A stretch of DNA of 64,000 nucleotides from Patescibacteria group bacterium (GTDB lineage Bacteria; Patescibacteriota; Minisyncoccia; Phycocordibacterales; PALSA-1337), in contig JBBTRA010000006.1 in the NCBI GenBank assembly GCA_038065415.1, positions 15,262 to 79,261 on the forward strand. Direction: 5' to 3'. Below are positions 38,933 to 48,161 of the stretch, in pieces (position 1 is the first letter of the stretch; each line of letters begins with the position of its first letter). The notes below the pieces were generated by a model, which saw nothing but the letters and a program-made list of their open reading frames with translations, was not told the origin of the DNA and did not search any database. The position numbers and the translations under genes are program-made.

Positions 38933-39277
38933 TTACTTAACCTTGGCAACAATGCGTGCGAATGTCTCGGGCTTGAATTCTGCGAGGTGAGCGAGAGCCT
39001 TGCGATCGAGCTCAATACCTTTCTTCTTGGCAGCGCCAATGAACTTGGAGTATGAGAAACCGAGTGGACGGAGGCCGGCATTGATCTTCACATTGAAGAG
39101 GCGGCGCATGTCACCCTTCTTGTCGCGACGATGAGCGAAAGCGTAGGCACCAGCGTGCTGGAGGGCGTCGATTGCCATGCGCTCTTTCTTGGAACGACCA
39201 AAGCGCATACCTTTTGCGGCTTTGAGGACGGTGCGGCGGTATTTGAGGGCGTGAACTGCTTTTTTGACTCGTGTCAT
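38933..39277 (-). CDS. rplT: 50S ribosomal protein L20
   Basis: MTRVK, SYSKFI, IELDRKALA. Confidence 0.97.
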   Translation of the reverse strand: MTRVKKAVHALKYRRTVLKAAKGMRFGRSKKERMAIDALQHAGAYAFAHRRDKKGDMRRLFNVKINAGLRPLGFSYSKFIGAAKKKGIELDRKALAHLAEFKPETFARIVAKVK

Positions 39278-39296
39278 GGTAGTTGATTAAAAGTGA

Positions 39297-39488
39297 TTAT
39301 TGATTGACCAGGAAGCGGCTCTTGGCTTTGTTATCCATATGGATAACCGTCATGCGCTTCTTGTTGCCGCTGGTACGGCTGCGTTCCTTGGCATTGAAAT
39401 GGTTCTGACCAGCCTTGCGCGCCAAAATCTTGCCATTTTTGGTGACTTTGAGACGCTTCAGGTATGATTTGTTGGTTTTGATTGTCAT
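39297..39488 (-). CDS. rpmI: 50S ribosomal protein L35
   Basis: KTNKSYLKRLKVTKNGK; lies between infC and rplT. Confidence 0.93.
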   Translation of the reverse strand: MTIKTNKSYLKRLKVTKNGKILARKAGQNHFNAKERSRTSGNKKRMTVIHMDNKAKSRFLVNQ

Positions 39489-39499
39489 GGTAATTGTTC

Positions 39500-40009
39500 T
39501 TATTTCTTTTCGATGACGATAGTGAGTCCCTTTGGCCCCTTGGTGACATCCTGAGCTATCTTGTATTCGACGGTGATCAGTTTGAGCACACGATCGAGGC
39601 GTTCCTTGAGGAAGTTAAGATCCATGTACTTGGAACGCCCGATGAGGAAGAGGTCTACTTTGACGCGGTTACCTTCGGCGAGCCACTCAGAGACCTTCTT
39701 GGCCTTGAGTTCGAGGTCGTGTTCTCCAGTGCCGATCTTGACCTGGACGATCTTGAGCTCGCTTACCTGGACTTTGGCCTTGGCAACCTTCTCCTTCTTC
39801 TTTTCATCGTACTGATACTTGCCGTAATCCATGATCTTGGCGACCGGTGGTATCGCAGTAGGGGAGATCTCGATGAGGTCGAGTGACCTCTTTTGAGCCT
39901 CTGCCAATGCGATGTTGAGCGCTATAACACCGAGATTCTCTCCTTCGGCGGTTATGACGCGCAACTCGGGCGCTTTGATCTGATGGTTTATTTTGACGCG
40001 GATGACCAA
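39500..40009 (-). CDS. infC: Translation initiation factor IF-3 (non-AUG start)
   Basis: INHQIKAPELRVI, LDLIEISP..PPVAKIMDYGKY; no in-frame ATG near the start. Confidence 0.96.
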   Translation of the reverse strand: MVIRVKINHQIKAPELRVITAEGENLGVIALNIALAEAQKRSLDLIEISPTAIPPVAKIMDYGKYQYDEKKKEKVAKAKVQVSELKIVQVKIGTGEHDLELKAKKVSEWLAEGNRVKVDLFLIGRSKYMDLNFLKERLDRVLKLITVEYKIAQDVTKGPKGLTIVIEKK

Positions 40010-40052
40010 TTGATTGGGATTACAGGGGTTATTTATAGCATGCGGTTAGAGG

Positions 40053-40170
40053 AAACGCAAGGGTGCGAGATATGTATTTTCTGGGAGGTTATGTAGTGTC
40101 AGTACACGAAACTTTAGGGAACCGTTCTGCATAACCTCCCAGAAAATACATATCTCGCACCCTTGCGTTT
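40053..40170. repeat. Perfect 41-bp inverted repeat around a 36-nt core (copy 2)
   Basis: Arms 40053-40093 and 40130-40170 are exact reverse complements; core 27/36 identical to copy 1. Confidence 0.95.
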
Positions 40171-40236
40171 TGTCACTCCATGTCATGGGGATAAATGCCA
40201 TTGTGGATGCATGCATAATAAGGGTAAAATAATGAC

Positions 40237-40551
40237 ATGATTGATCTTCCTACAAAGAAGGATATAGCACATCCTCATCACCGCAGAGCAGTTGGCGCTC
40301 TGGTTGCCGCTGGTATCGTATTCATGATGCTTATAGCGGCATATGCTCTCAACCCTGTCGATACGCAGACTCCATCTGCAGATCGAAGCACTGCAACTCG
40401 TCAGGCACTCGTTCTACAAGCCAACCCTCCTGCACTCTTGACCGCTGGGGAAGTCAGGATGCGTCAGATGACCGCAGAAAGTAACAATCCGATGGCCACA
40501 CTAACCCCTGAGCAAGTGCGTGCGCGCCAAGCTCTGATCGGAGGTTACTGA
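40237..40551 (+). CDS. Single-TM hypothetical protein
   Basis: 104 aa; TAAAAT 6 nt before the ATG; internal repeat LTxxxVRxRQ. Confidence 0.65.
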   Translation: MIDLPTKKDIAHPHHRRAVGALVAAGIVFMMLIAAYALNPVDTQTPSADRSTATRQALVLQANPPALLTAGEVRMRQMTAESNNPMATLTPEQVRARQALIGGY

Positions 40552-40592
40552 TCAGTTTCTGCAGTATTTATCCGTACTTAACTAGTTAATTT

Positions 40593-41396
40593 ATGAAAAA
40601 AACCCTCTCCCTCACCCTCATCATCCTCGGCTTCCTCCTCGGAGCATCAGCTCTCTCAGCTGTAGCTGCATGGACAGCTCCAGGCTGTGCACCAACAGGA
40701 TGTAATACAGATGCCCCTATCAACGCATCTTCCTCTCCTCAAACCAAATATGGTCCTCTTACCCTTAACTTCAGCAATATCTATGCTATAGGACTCAAAG
40801 TACTCGGAAGTGTCCAAATCGTAGATGGTACTCAGGGAGCAGGTAAAGTCCTCACCTCTGATGCGAGTGGTATAGCGTCGTGGGAGTATGTTTCTTCTGC
40901 AAGCTCTGCTGCTGCAAGCGCAGTTTCATTCTCTGCATCAGGTAGCGGGACGGTTCCTGCTAATGCGAGATTTGCACGCATAACAGTAGTCGGTGGTGGA
41001 GGAGGGGGATACTCTAGCTGTAACACAGGTAATGGTTGTGTCCCTACAATCTATACCGGAGGTGATGGTGGTCTGGCTATAAAAACCATCCCTGTAACAC
41101 CGGGTGCAGCTGTTACGGTGACAGTTGGTGCGGGAGGTGCTACAGGAGGTGGTTCGTTGCCACCGGGATACATGACGCCAGGAGGTACGACAAGTGTTGC
41201 CATTACCGGTCAGGCGACAGTTAGTGCAAGCGGCGGTCAAGGTGGTAGTGGTGCGACACCTGGTCCTAATGGAGCTGATGGATCGAGTACTACTGGTGAC
41301 TTCAATGCAGCAGGGCCTCACTATGGATATGGTACGGGAGGTGTAGGAAGTGGATCGCCAGGAAGACCGGGTGTAGCATTTATCGAATATTTTTAA
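40593..41396 (+). CDS. Secreted glycine-rich protein (tail-fibre/Gly-rich-domain-like)
   Basis: Signal peptide, WTAP...NTDAPIN, GKVLTSDASGIASW, VVGGGGGG, VTVGAGG. Confidence 0.75.
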   Translation: MKKTLSLTLIILGFLLGASALSAVAAWTAPGCAPTGCNTDAPINASSSPQTKYGPLTLNFSNIYAIGLKVLGSVQIVDGTQGAGKVLTSDASGIASWEYVSSASSAAASAVSFSASGSGTVPANARFARITVVGGGGGGYSSCNTGNGCVPTIYTGGDGGLAIKTIPVTPGAAVTVTVGAGGATGGGSLPPGYMTPGGTTSVAITGQATVSASGGQGGSGATPGPNGADGSSTTGDFNAAGPHYGYGTGGVGSGSPGRPGVAFIEYF

Positions 41397-41400
41397 AAAC

Positions 41401-41446
41401 AAGAAGACACAAAAGCCCCGAGTAGTCGGGGCTTTTGTGTCTTCTT
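41401..41446. terminator. Bidirectional terminator with a 21-bp perfect stem
   Basis: AAGAAGACACAAAAGCCCCGA-gtag-TCGGGGCTTTTGTGTCTTCTT between convergent genes. Confidence 0.8.
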
Positions 41447-41456
41447 GGGGATGTGA

Positions 41457-42539
41457 TTAAAGAAACTTCCTGATAAATCTGATCGCAAAGAAAAGTATCT
41501 TGTCGGTGAAAAATTTCTTGTCCCATTCATCCTTCCTGACCTCTCGTGATCCGTGCATGTCACGGACGAAGTGGGCCGAGAGCTCTTCGACGAACTTCAC
41601 ATTGGTAGTGATGATGTTCGCTTCAAAATTGTAGAGGAGGCTGGCACTATCGAGATTCATGGATCCGACGGTTGCCCATTCACCGTCGATGACGACAGCT
41701 TTGCTGTGAATCACATTGCCTTCATAGAGGAATATACGTGCACCCGAATGAAGAAGTGTCTTGAAATATGAACGAGCTGCAAGATCGAGCGTGGGGTAGT
41801 GGTCGGTACGTTCGGGTAGTATGATCTTCACATCTACTCCTCGATGGGCAGCAAGTTTAATAACACGAGCAAGTCGGCGAGTTGGTACGAAGTAGGGAGT
41901 GGTAATGTACACATACTTACGGGCACTGCGGAGAGCCTCGATGAGTTCGGCATATACATGTCTGCGCTTGGGAGCAGGGTAGTTGGTAACATACCGGAAT
42001 TCATGGTCACGGATGCGGACTCGCGGAGGGAGTGGGGTATGCTCGGTGGCACGGGCCCACATACGATCGAAGGCATTGCTCATTTCACGCACCACGGCCC
42101 CTTCGAAACGGGCATTGGTGTCGCGCCAACCCTTCATGCGATCGCTTACGCAGATGCTGCCAGTGTAGCCAATATGTTCGTCGATCACGAGCGTGCGACG
42201 GTGATTGCGGAGATACCATGAGCGGAAGTTTGGCACCTTGAAATATCCCGGAATAAGAGTTTTCCAGAAAACAAGTTCGATGCCGCGCTTCTTGAGGTCC
42301 TTGGCGATGTCAGATCCGAAGAATGAGAAGCTGCCCGCGGCATCCCAGAGGAACCGGACTGTCACTCCTGTCGCTGCACGCTCAGCACAAATATCGATGA
42401 GCTTCTTACCGTACTCATCATTGGTGAATATGAATTGTTCGAGCGCTATGCTCTTTTTTGCTTGCGCACAATCTGCGAGCATTGCTGACCAAGCCTCTTC
42501 GTTGGTGGCATAGAGGGTCCAGGAGGTGGGGGAGATCAT
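41457..42539 (-). CDS. cls: Cardiolipin synthase/phospholipase D family protein
   Basis: Second HKD motif HSKAVVID..GSMN intact; first is HRRTLVID..GSIC. Confidence 0.85.
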   Translation of the reverse strand: MISPTSWTLYATNEEAWSAMLADCAQAKKSIALEQFIFTNDEYGKKLIDICAERAATGVTVRFLWDAAGSFSFFGSDIAKDLKKRGIELVFWKTLIPGYFKVPNFRSWYLRNHRRTLVIDEHIGYTGSICVSDRMKGWRDTNARFEGAVVREMSNAFDRMWARATEHTPLPPRVRIRDHEFRYVTNYPAPKRRHVYAELIEALRSARKYVYITTPYFVPTRRLARVIKLAAHRGVDVKIILPERTDHYPTLDLAARSYFKTLLHSGARIFLYEGNVIHSKAVVIDGEWATVGSMNLDSASLLYNFEANIITTNVKFVEELSAHFVRDMHGSREVRKDEWDKKFFTDKILFFAIRFIRKFL

Positions 42540-42633
42540 GGGGGTATGATAGCGCAGAATGGAGAGGAGTTCTAATGCGTATGTGCTGGAATAAAAAAGC
42601 CGCATGGGATCACCTATGCGGCTGAGGAAGATA

Positions 42634-43158
42634 TTAGAGCAAGATAACTTCAATGAGCTCATGTCGCTCCAGCACCTCATGCTCATAGACGCGTAGTACT
42701 TGTTCGCGGTTGATCCGTCCCGTCGCTGAGCTGATGTTGGCCTTGCCGTAGATACCTTCGATGACGGAGATCTTTTGTTCGGTGGTCATAGCCCCGTGCT
42801 CCTCATAGAGCTCATCGAGGAATTTTTGCGCTTCTTCGGGCCATGCACCCGATACTTTCGGCAGTCCAAGAATTTCACAACAGATCCTCTGTGCAAATAA
42901 AGCTTCAGTTGAGGAAGCGTCTTCTGATGATGCTCCGGAAACATCCGGATGTTGAAGGCTGGGGGTTATGGCAAGATGTTCTTCGAGTGCCGCCAAAACT
43001 TCCAAGGTCATACCTCTCTCTGAGGAATGAAGTAAAACATTGGTGACATGATAGGCGTATGTCGGTCCGTAGCTACGGAATACCGTCAAGGCACGATCCC
43101 ATGAATAGCCCAGTTTCATTTCCAGCATTGCCCGGAACTGCTGCTCGTTGATTTTCAT
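42634..43158 (-). CDS. Hypothetical protein
   Basis: 174 aa with its own TTGACT/TAGTAT promoter and terminator. Confidence 0.6.
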   Translation of the reverse strand: MKINEQQFRAMLEMKLGYSWDRALTVFRSYGPTYAYHVTNVLLHSSERGMTLEVLAALEEHLAITPSLQHPDVSGASSEDASSTEALFAQRICCEILGLPKVSGAWPEEAQKFLDELYEEHGAMTTEQKISVIEGIYGKANISSATGRINREQVLRVYEHEVLERHELIEVILL

Positions 43159-43241
43159 ATGTGCGGTCTTTCTCTAGGGGGTGTTGTTCAGGGTAATACT
43201 ACGCGTCGTCTTCCATAAGTCAATATGCTACGATATCCTTC

Positions 43242-43688
43242 ATGGCCACTCTTATAGACAACGGCAAAATCCATTTCGACTACGAGATCCTGGAGACATT
43301 CGAGGCGGGTATTGAGCTGTTGGGTTTTGAGGTCAAGTCAGTGAGGGCGAAGAAGGGCTCTCTTGAAGGGTCATATATCATTGTGCGAGGAAGTGAAGCT
43401 TTCCTTATGGGTATGCTTATATCGCCCTACCAAGAGAACAACACTCCAGAAGGGTATGATCCTCGCAGGAATCGTCGCCTGCTCCTTACTGCCGAAGAAA
43501 TCAGAAAATTGGCAGATATTGGCGATGGAAAAGGCTTGACAATAGTGCCAATAAAGCTGTATAATAAAAATACGCTTATCAAGGTCTCTGTTGGTGTGGT
43601 GCGCGGCAAGAAGAAATACGACAAGCGCGAGACTACAAAGAAGAGGGAGACTGATAGGAATGTCAGAAGGGAGTTTAGAGATCGTTGA
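43242..43688 (+). CDS. smpB: SsrA-binding protein
   Basis: EAGIELLGFEVKS, RRLLL, GKKKYDKR. Confidence 0.97.
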   Translation: MATLIDNGKIHFDYEILETFEAGIELLGFEVKSVRAKKGSLEGSYIIVRGSEAFLMGMLISPYQENNTPEGYDPRRNRRLLLTAEEIRKLADIGDGKGLTIVPIKLYNKNTLIKVSVGVVRGKKKYDKRETTKKRETDRNVRREFRDR

Positions 43689-43706
43689 AAAATAAATAGA
43701 CTTCAT

Positions 43707-44068
43707 GGGGATGCCAGGCATAGACAGTCGACCATGTTCGTTCGTGCGGCGCGAGCACCGTTATCTCGTAAATCTGACGGAAACCCTAAATGCTAAAACA
43801 ACCTCACCGTATTTCACGGCCAAGGACTTTGCATTCGTCCCTGCATAAGGGATGCGCTCGCCCCGGGGGATTCTGACTCGGGGGCCGGGTGTTATAACCT
43901 GAATGTAGGACTGATAGAGCTTCTCGCCCTATTGTCCGAATAAAAGAGATCGTGAGTATGCGTTTTGTTTGCTTTCTTAACATACTCATTAAACTTCAAG
44001 GCATTCTACCGCCGTAGAATCGTTCGACGCATATCGATTGCACGCGAGTTCAATTCTCGCCATCTCCA
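43707..44068 (+). ncRNA. ssrA: tmRNA; tag ORF 43792-43848 AKTTSPYFTAKDFAFVPA
   Basis: GGGGATG/CATCTCC acceptor stem with G3-U, T-arm GCGAG-TTCAATT-CTCGC, directly after smpB; CCA not encoded. Confidence 0.93.
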
Positions 44069-44195
44069 CAATAATTGACTTACATAGTCAAGAATATTAA
44101 GATACAGTCAGAAGTTATTTGGTGCGGACTTTCAGGTCTTAAGTGACTCCGTTTGAGATCTAGGAGTTCGTATCAAATTCAACCAAAAAGGAAGT

Positions 44196-44486
44196 ATGTT
44201 TGATAAGTTAGGCAACTTAATTGTGTCCATTATTGTAAATGGACTGTTGGTACTAATCCCTGCGGCTTTGCTTGCTTTCGTAAGTGGCATTGCCCTCGCG
44301 ATTCTTAATGTCCCGTTGTCGTTGCTTCCCGATGTTGTACATCACCCCATAATGGGTTTGTTCAGGTTTTTGTTCTCGTTCAAATTCATCTTCAGCGTCG
44401 CATTAATTTGCGGAGTGGCCGATGACTTTGGTCTTCCAAACCTGAAGACGTATTTCAAGAAACGTCTCAAGAAATTCTTTGCATGA
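44196..44486 (+). CDS. Small membrane protein
   Basis: Hydrophobic 96 aa, AAGGA SD, terminator downstream. Confidence 0.65.
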   Translation: MFDKLGNLIVSIIVNGLLVLIPAALLAFVSGIALAILNVPLSLLPDVVHHPIMGLFRFLFSFKFIFSVALICGVADDFGLPNLKTYFKKRLKKFFA

Positions 44487-44563
44487 TTGAAACTGACGCC
44501 GACTTCACAAGAGTCGGCTTTTTTATTTGATTGGATCAAAACTCGCTGTGCTATAATCTGCTC

Positions 44564-45232
44564 ATGACAGAATCAAAACCCACCTCACTTGCAGGGAATA
44601 ACAAGCTCGCATTTGGACTGACTATTGCTGCTATTGTCGTCGCATTTGGTATTGGTGGTGTGTTTGCGTATAACAGGGTATATACGAACCAAGTAGAATC
44701 ACAACCAATTGTCATTGATACAACTGTTAAGGGTGCGGACACTAGTGTCAAAGCTACGACATCATCGCCTGTTGTCGCGCCGAAGCCAGTGGTCGCCACT
44801 CCGACGACCTGCTTAGACGGCGCATGTTTCGCGCGAGCGATACGATCATGTTCGCGGGCTATGTATCAAGCAATATCAAAGGTGAGCACTTTCGGTTCGA
44901 CAGTCGAATCTGAATTACGATTTGACCTGACTCAATCAGGTGGTAGCTGTCAATTGACGATGCAACTCATAGCTTTCCATGTTGGCTCATCTACAGATGC
45001 GGGGAATAGTGCGCACGGGATGGAAATATCGGGACTTAGTCAGGATGAGGCTTATCTCAAATTGAACAAAGATATGCAGGAAAAATATGTTGGCAAGAAG
45101 GGAGTATGTACTATAGCGCAAGACAAAGAAGCTTTTGCTGGCCTTTTTGAGAGGAATACTCAGGCATATGCATTCTTGGATCCAGATCGACGTATTTGTT
45201 CGGGAGATTTGTTCATAGAATTTGGGTATTAG
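44564..45232 (+). CDS. Membrane-anchored hypothetical protein with a Cys-containing extracellular domain
   Basis: TATAAT 6 nt before the ATG; single TM; six Cys. Confidence 0.7.
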   Translation: MTESKPTSLAGNNKLAFGLTIAAIVVAFGIGGVFAYNRVYTNQVESQPIVIDTTVKGADTSVKATTSSPVVAPKPVVATPTTCLDGACFARAIRSCSRAMYQAISKVSTFGSTVESELRFDLTQSGGSCQLTMQLIAFHVGSSTDAGNSAHGMEISGLSQDEAYLKLNKDMQEKYVGKKGVCTIAQDKEAFAGLFERNTQAYAFLDPDRRICSGDLFIEFGY

Positions 45233-45369
45233 GTAGGGCTCGGATATAGCTATTTGACTTTTTCATATAAGTAGTGTACATTCACATATAGACCAGACCG
45301 ATATTTTCAATACTGGTCACTAGCTCACACACAACACAATAAACAATAAATCGTTCACGGAGGAATGCA

Positions 45370-45969
45370 ATGATTACACTATTAATTGTCGGATTGATCG
45401 CAATGGCAGGTTTTTTCATCGCTCGCGCGTTGCGCCGGAAACATATCGAATACATCCAGCATGAGCGCGCGTGTACATGCCCAGAAAATGAGAAGAGCAC
45501 GCGTGTCTGTGGATTGCCGACGATTCGGTACTTCCAGATGATTGATCTCACTAAGCCGGGCGGAGCGACTCGACGGGGGGCGCCGTTCGACTGGCACGTC
45601 TTTGACAAATGCGGCCAAGGGCACGTGCAACAGATTAAACATGGGAGCAAATGGTTCGTCTGGTACAAGCTCTGGTGGAGACGCCTCTACGATCCAGAGC
45701 AGTTTGTGCTCAACGAGAGTCTCTTCAAGGACGCGGCCCTTATTGAAGAGACTGTTAGAGGGCTGCACGAGAGGATAGCCCTCTTCGAATCAGAGTGCAG
45801 GCTGAGGAACGAGAAATTCACAAAAGGATCGGTTGTCGTCAACGCCGTTCTGCCGCGGCCCGGCAAAGGCAGGCTACTCTCCACACGGGTGCATCTCACT
45901 GAGGCGTCTGTTGCCGCTAACCACCTACGGATACCTCCCGTCGCCGGTGTCCGCATTTCCGAAGAATGA
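45370..45969 (+). CDS. Membrane-anchored hypothetical protein
   Basis: GGAGG SD, TTGACT promoter, N-terminal TM, terminator. Confidence 0.6.
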   Translation: MITLLIVGLIAMAGFFIARALRRKHIEYIQHERACTCPENEKSTRVCGLPTIRYFQMIDLTKPGGATRRGAPFDWHVFDKCGQGHVQQIKHGSKWFVWYKLWWRRLYDPEQFVLNESLFKDAALIEETVRGLHERIALFESECRLRNEKFTKGSVVVNAVLPRPGKGRLLSTRVHLTEASVAANHLRIPPVAGVRISEE

Positions 45970-46052
45970 CCAGTGTGCTTTGGTTCGTAGCCATATCTCC
46001 CAAGATATGGCTTTTTTCTTTCCTTTATAGCGCTTTTCTGTATAATCAACGC

Positions 46053-47984
46053 ATGCCCGATAATACATCTCCGAACCAGCAGGGAAGCAATCGACCCAAC
46101 AAACAGGGTCGAAAAGGGTTGATGCCGCCGCGTATGAACTTCTTGAGCACGGTAGTTATTGCACTTCTCGCATTCCTGCTTCTCGCGGGTTTGTATTCAG
46201 AGTTTTCAGGTGACTCCACAGCGACTCCCGCAACGTCGCTCTCCACGATAGCTGCTGATGTTGAGCAGGGTTCTATTTCCAAGTTGACGATACAGGGCGA
46301 TACAATCGTTGCTGAATATATTGATAAGACGCAGAAGTCCGCACAGAAGGAGGGGGACGCTTCTCTTACCGAGACACTCTCTCGTCTCGGCGTCTCATCT
46401 GCGCAGCTTGCTTCTACTACGATTATGGTCGAGAACCCGAGCGGGTTTGGCTACTGGCTCGGTCAGTTGGCACCTTTTCTTGCACCGATACTCTTCCTCG
46501 TTTTCTTCATATGGATGCTCTCCAGACAGGTCAAGGGTGCTGGTGTGCAAGCTATGTCATTTGGTCAGTCAAAAGCACGCATCACATTACCGGATGATCA
46601 GCGTGTGAAAGTGAAGTTCAAGGATGTCGCTGGAGCCAAGGAGGCCAAGCAGGAACTTTCTGAGATCGTGGACTTCCTCAAGAATCCCAAGAAGTTCATT
46701 GAGATTGGAGCGGAGATACCAAAAGGTGTGCTTCTCATGGGAGCTCCGGGTACGGGTAAGACGCTCCTTGCGCGTGCGGTTGCGGGCGAAGCAGGTGTTG
46801 CATTCTTTGCAATCTCTGGTTCAGAATTCGTGGAGATGTTCGTCGGTGTCGGTGCTTCACGTGTGAGAGATCTCTTCAAGATGGCCAAGGAAGCTGCTCC
46901 GGCGATCGTCTTCGTCGATGAGATCGATGCAGTTGGACGTGCCCGCGGATCTGGCATGGGCGGCGGCAACGATGAAAGGGAGCAAACACTTAACCAGATT
47001 CTTGTGGAGATGGATGGCTTTGAACCGAACATGAAGGTCATCGTCATGGCTGCAACCAACAGACCTGACGTGCTCGATCCAGCACTCCTTCGTCCAGGAC
47101 GATTTGATCGCCGTGTAGTCATCGACATACCTGACCGTGGTGACCGCCAGGATATATTGAAGATTCATGCTGCAAAGAAGAAGTTAGCCGCTGACGTCAA
47201 TCTCGGCATCATTGCAGAGCGCACGCCAGGATTCTCGGGAGCAGATCTTGCATCGCTTATGAATGAAGGTGCTATCCTGGCTGCCCGCGAAGACCGCACG
47301 GAGATCGGTCAGTTCGATCTTATCCGTTCAATCGAAAAGGTTATGCTTGGTCCGGAGCGTCGCAGTCATATATTGAGCCCGCAGGAGAAGGAAATCACCG
47401 CGTATCACGAAGCTGGCCACGCTATTGTTGCCTCGGTTCTGCCTCATGCGGATCCGGTGCACAAGATATCGATCATTTCTCGTGGTCGTGCAGCGGGGTA
47501 CACACTTAAGCTGCCGCTTGAAGATCGCAAACTCCAGTCACGTAAAGAATTCCTCGATGACATCGCTGTTTCACTTGGAGGATATGTAGCTGAGCGTATG
47601 GTGTTTGGCGATTTCACAACAGGTGCATCTAATGATCTCCAGGTATCGACTGCGCTCGCGCGTAGCATGGTGACGCAGTATGGAATGTCAGAGAAGATCG
47701 GGCCAGTTGCTCTCGAGGAGCCGCGCGGGAAGGTCATGTTCGGCATGGGCGTCGAGGCGCGTGACTACTCAGAGAAAGTTGCGGCTGAGATCGATGCAGA
47801 GGTGACGCGTATCATGACCGAGGCGCGTACCCTCGCAGAAAAAGTATTGAACGAACACAAGACCGTCTTCGAGATTGTTTCCAAGAGACTGATCGAAACT
47901 GAAACTATCGAGCGTGAGGAATACGAAACGCTCATCATGGCGCAGGGGATAGTGCTCAAGAAGAAGTGGGAACCAAAAGTATAA
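46053..47984 (+). CDS. ftsH: ATP-dependent zinc metalloprotease FtsH
   Basis: [31 protein letters not shown]. Confidence 0.98.
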   Translation: MPDNTSPNQQGSNRPNKQGRKGLMPPRMNFLSTVVIALLAFLLLAGLYSEFSGDSTATPATSLSTIAADVEQGSISKLTIQGDTIVAEYIDKTQKSAQKEGDASLTETLSRLGVSSAQLASTTIMVENPSGFGYWLGQLAPFLAPILFLVFFIWMLSRQVKGAGVQAMSFGQSKARITLPDDQRVKVKFKDVAGAKEAKQELSEIVDFLKNPKKFIEIGAEIPKGVLLMGAPGTGKTLLARAVAGEAGVAFFAISGSEFVEMFVGVGASRVRDLFKMAKEAAPAIVFVDEIDAVGRARGSGMGGGNDEREQTLNQILVEMDGFEPNMKVIVMAATNRPDVLDPALLRPGRFDRRVVIDIPDRGDRQDILKIHAAKKKLAADVNLGIIAERTPGFSGADLASLMNEGAILAAREDRTEIGQFDLIRSIEKVMLGPERRSHILSPQEKEITAYHEAGHAIVASVLPHADPVHKISIISRGRAAGYTLKLPLEDRKLQSRKEFLDDIAVSLGGYVAERMVFGDFTTGASNDLQVSTALARSMVTQYGMSEKIGPVALEEPRGKVMFGMGVEARDYSEKVAAEIDAEVTRIMTEARTLAEKVLNEHKTVFEIVSKRLIETETIEREEYETLIMAQGIVLKKKWEPKV

Positions 47985-48027
47985 GTAGGTTTACTGCTGC
48001 CGTTTTTTTGTTTAGTATTAACGTATC

Positions 48028-48101
48028 CCGCCCTTAGCTCAGTTGGTTAGAGCACAGAGCTTATACCTCTGGGGTCCTTGGTTCGAATCCAAGAGGGCGG
48101 A
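48028..48101 (+). tRNA. tRNA-Ile (anticodon UAU)
   Basis: Cloverleaf CCGCCCT/AGGGCGG, anticodon arm CAGAG-ctTATac-CTCTG, GTTCGAATC T-loop. Confidence 0.92.
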
Positions 48102-48161
48102 CAGGTTTTTGCACAGCTTCTATTGTTGACACGGTGATCTACATGGTAGAATAGAACCTAC

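Noticed and set aside
34972-40170. Treating the two hairpins as ends of one 5-kb mobile element or as integron attC sites
   Set aside because: The enclosed DNA carries essential genes (infC, rplT) and the arms differ between copies. The GTT...AAC order is the reverse of attC, there are no extrahelical bases, and no intI is present.
41401-41446. 21-bp perfect hairpin as a third copy of the cruciform family
   Set aside because: It has a 4-nt loop and none of the family motifs, and it sits between convergent genes, so it is an ordinary bidirectional terminator.
44069-46050. Genomic island integrated at tmRNA
   Set aside because: Three orphans follow ssrA, but no duplicated ssrA 3' end or integrase was seen.
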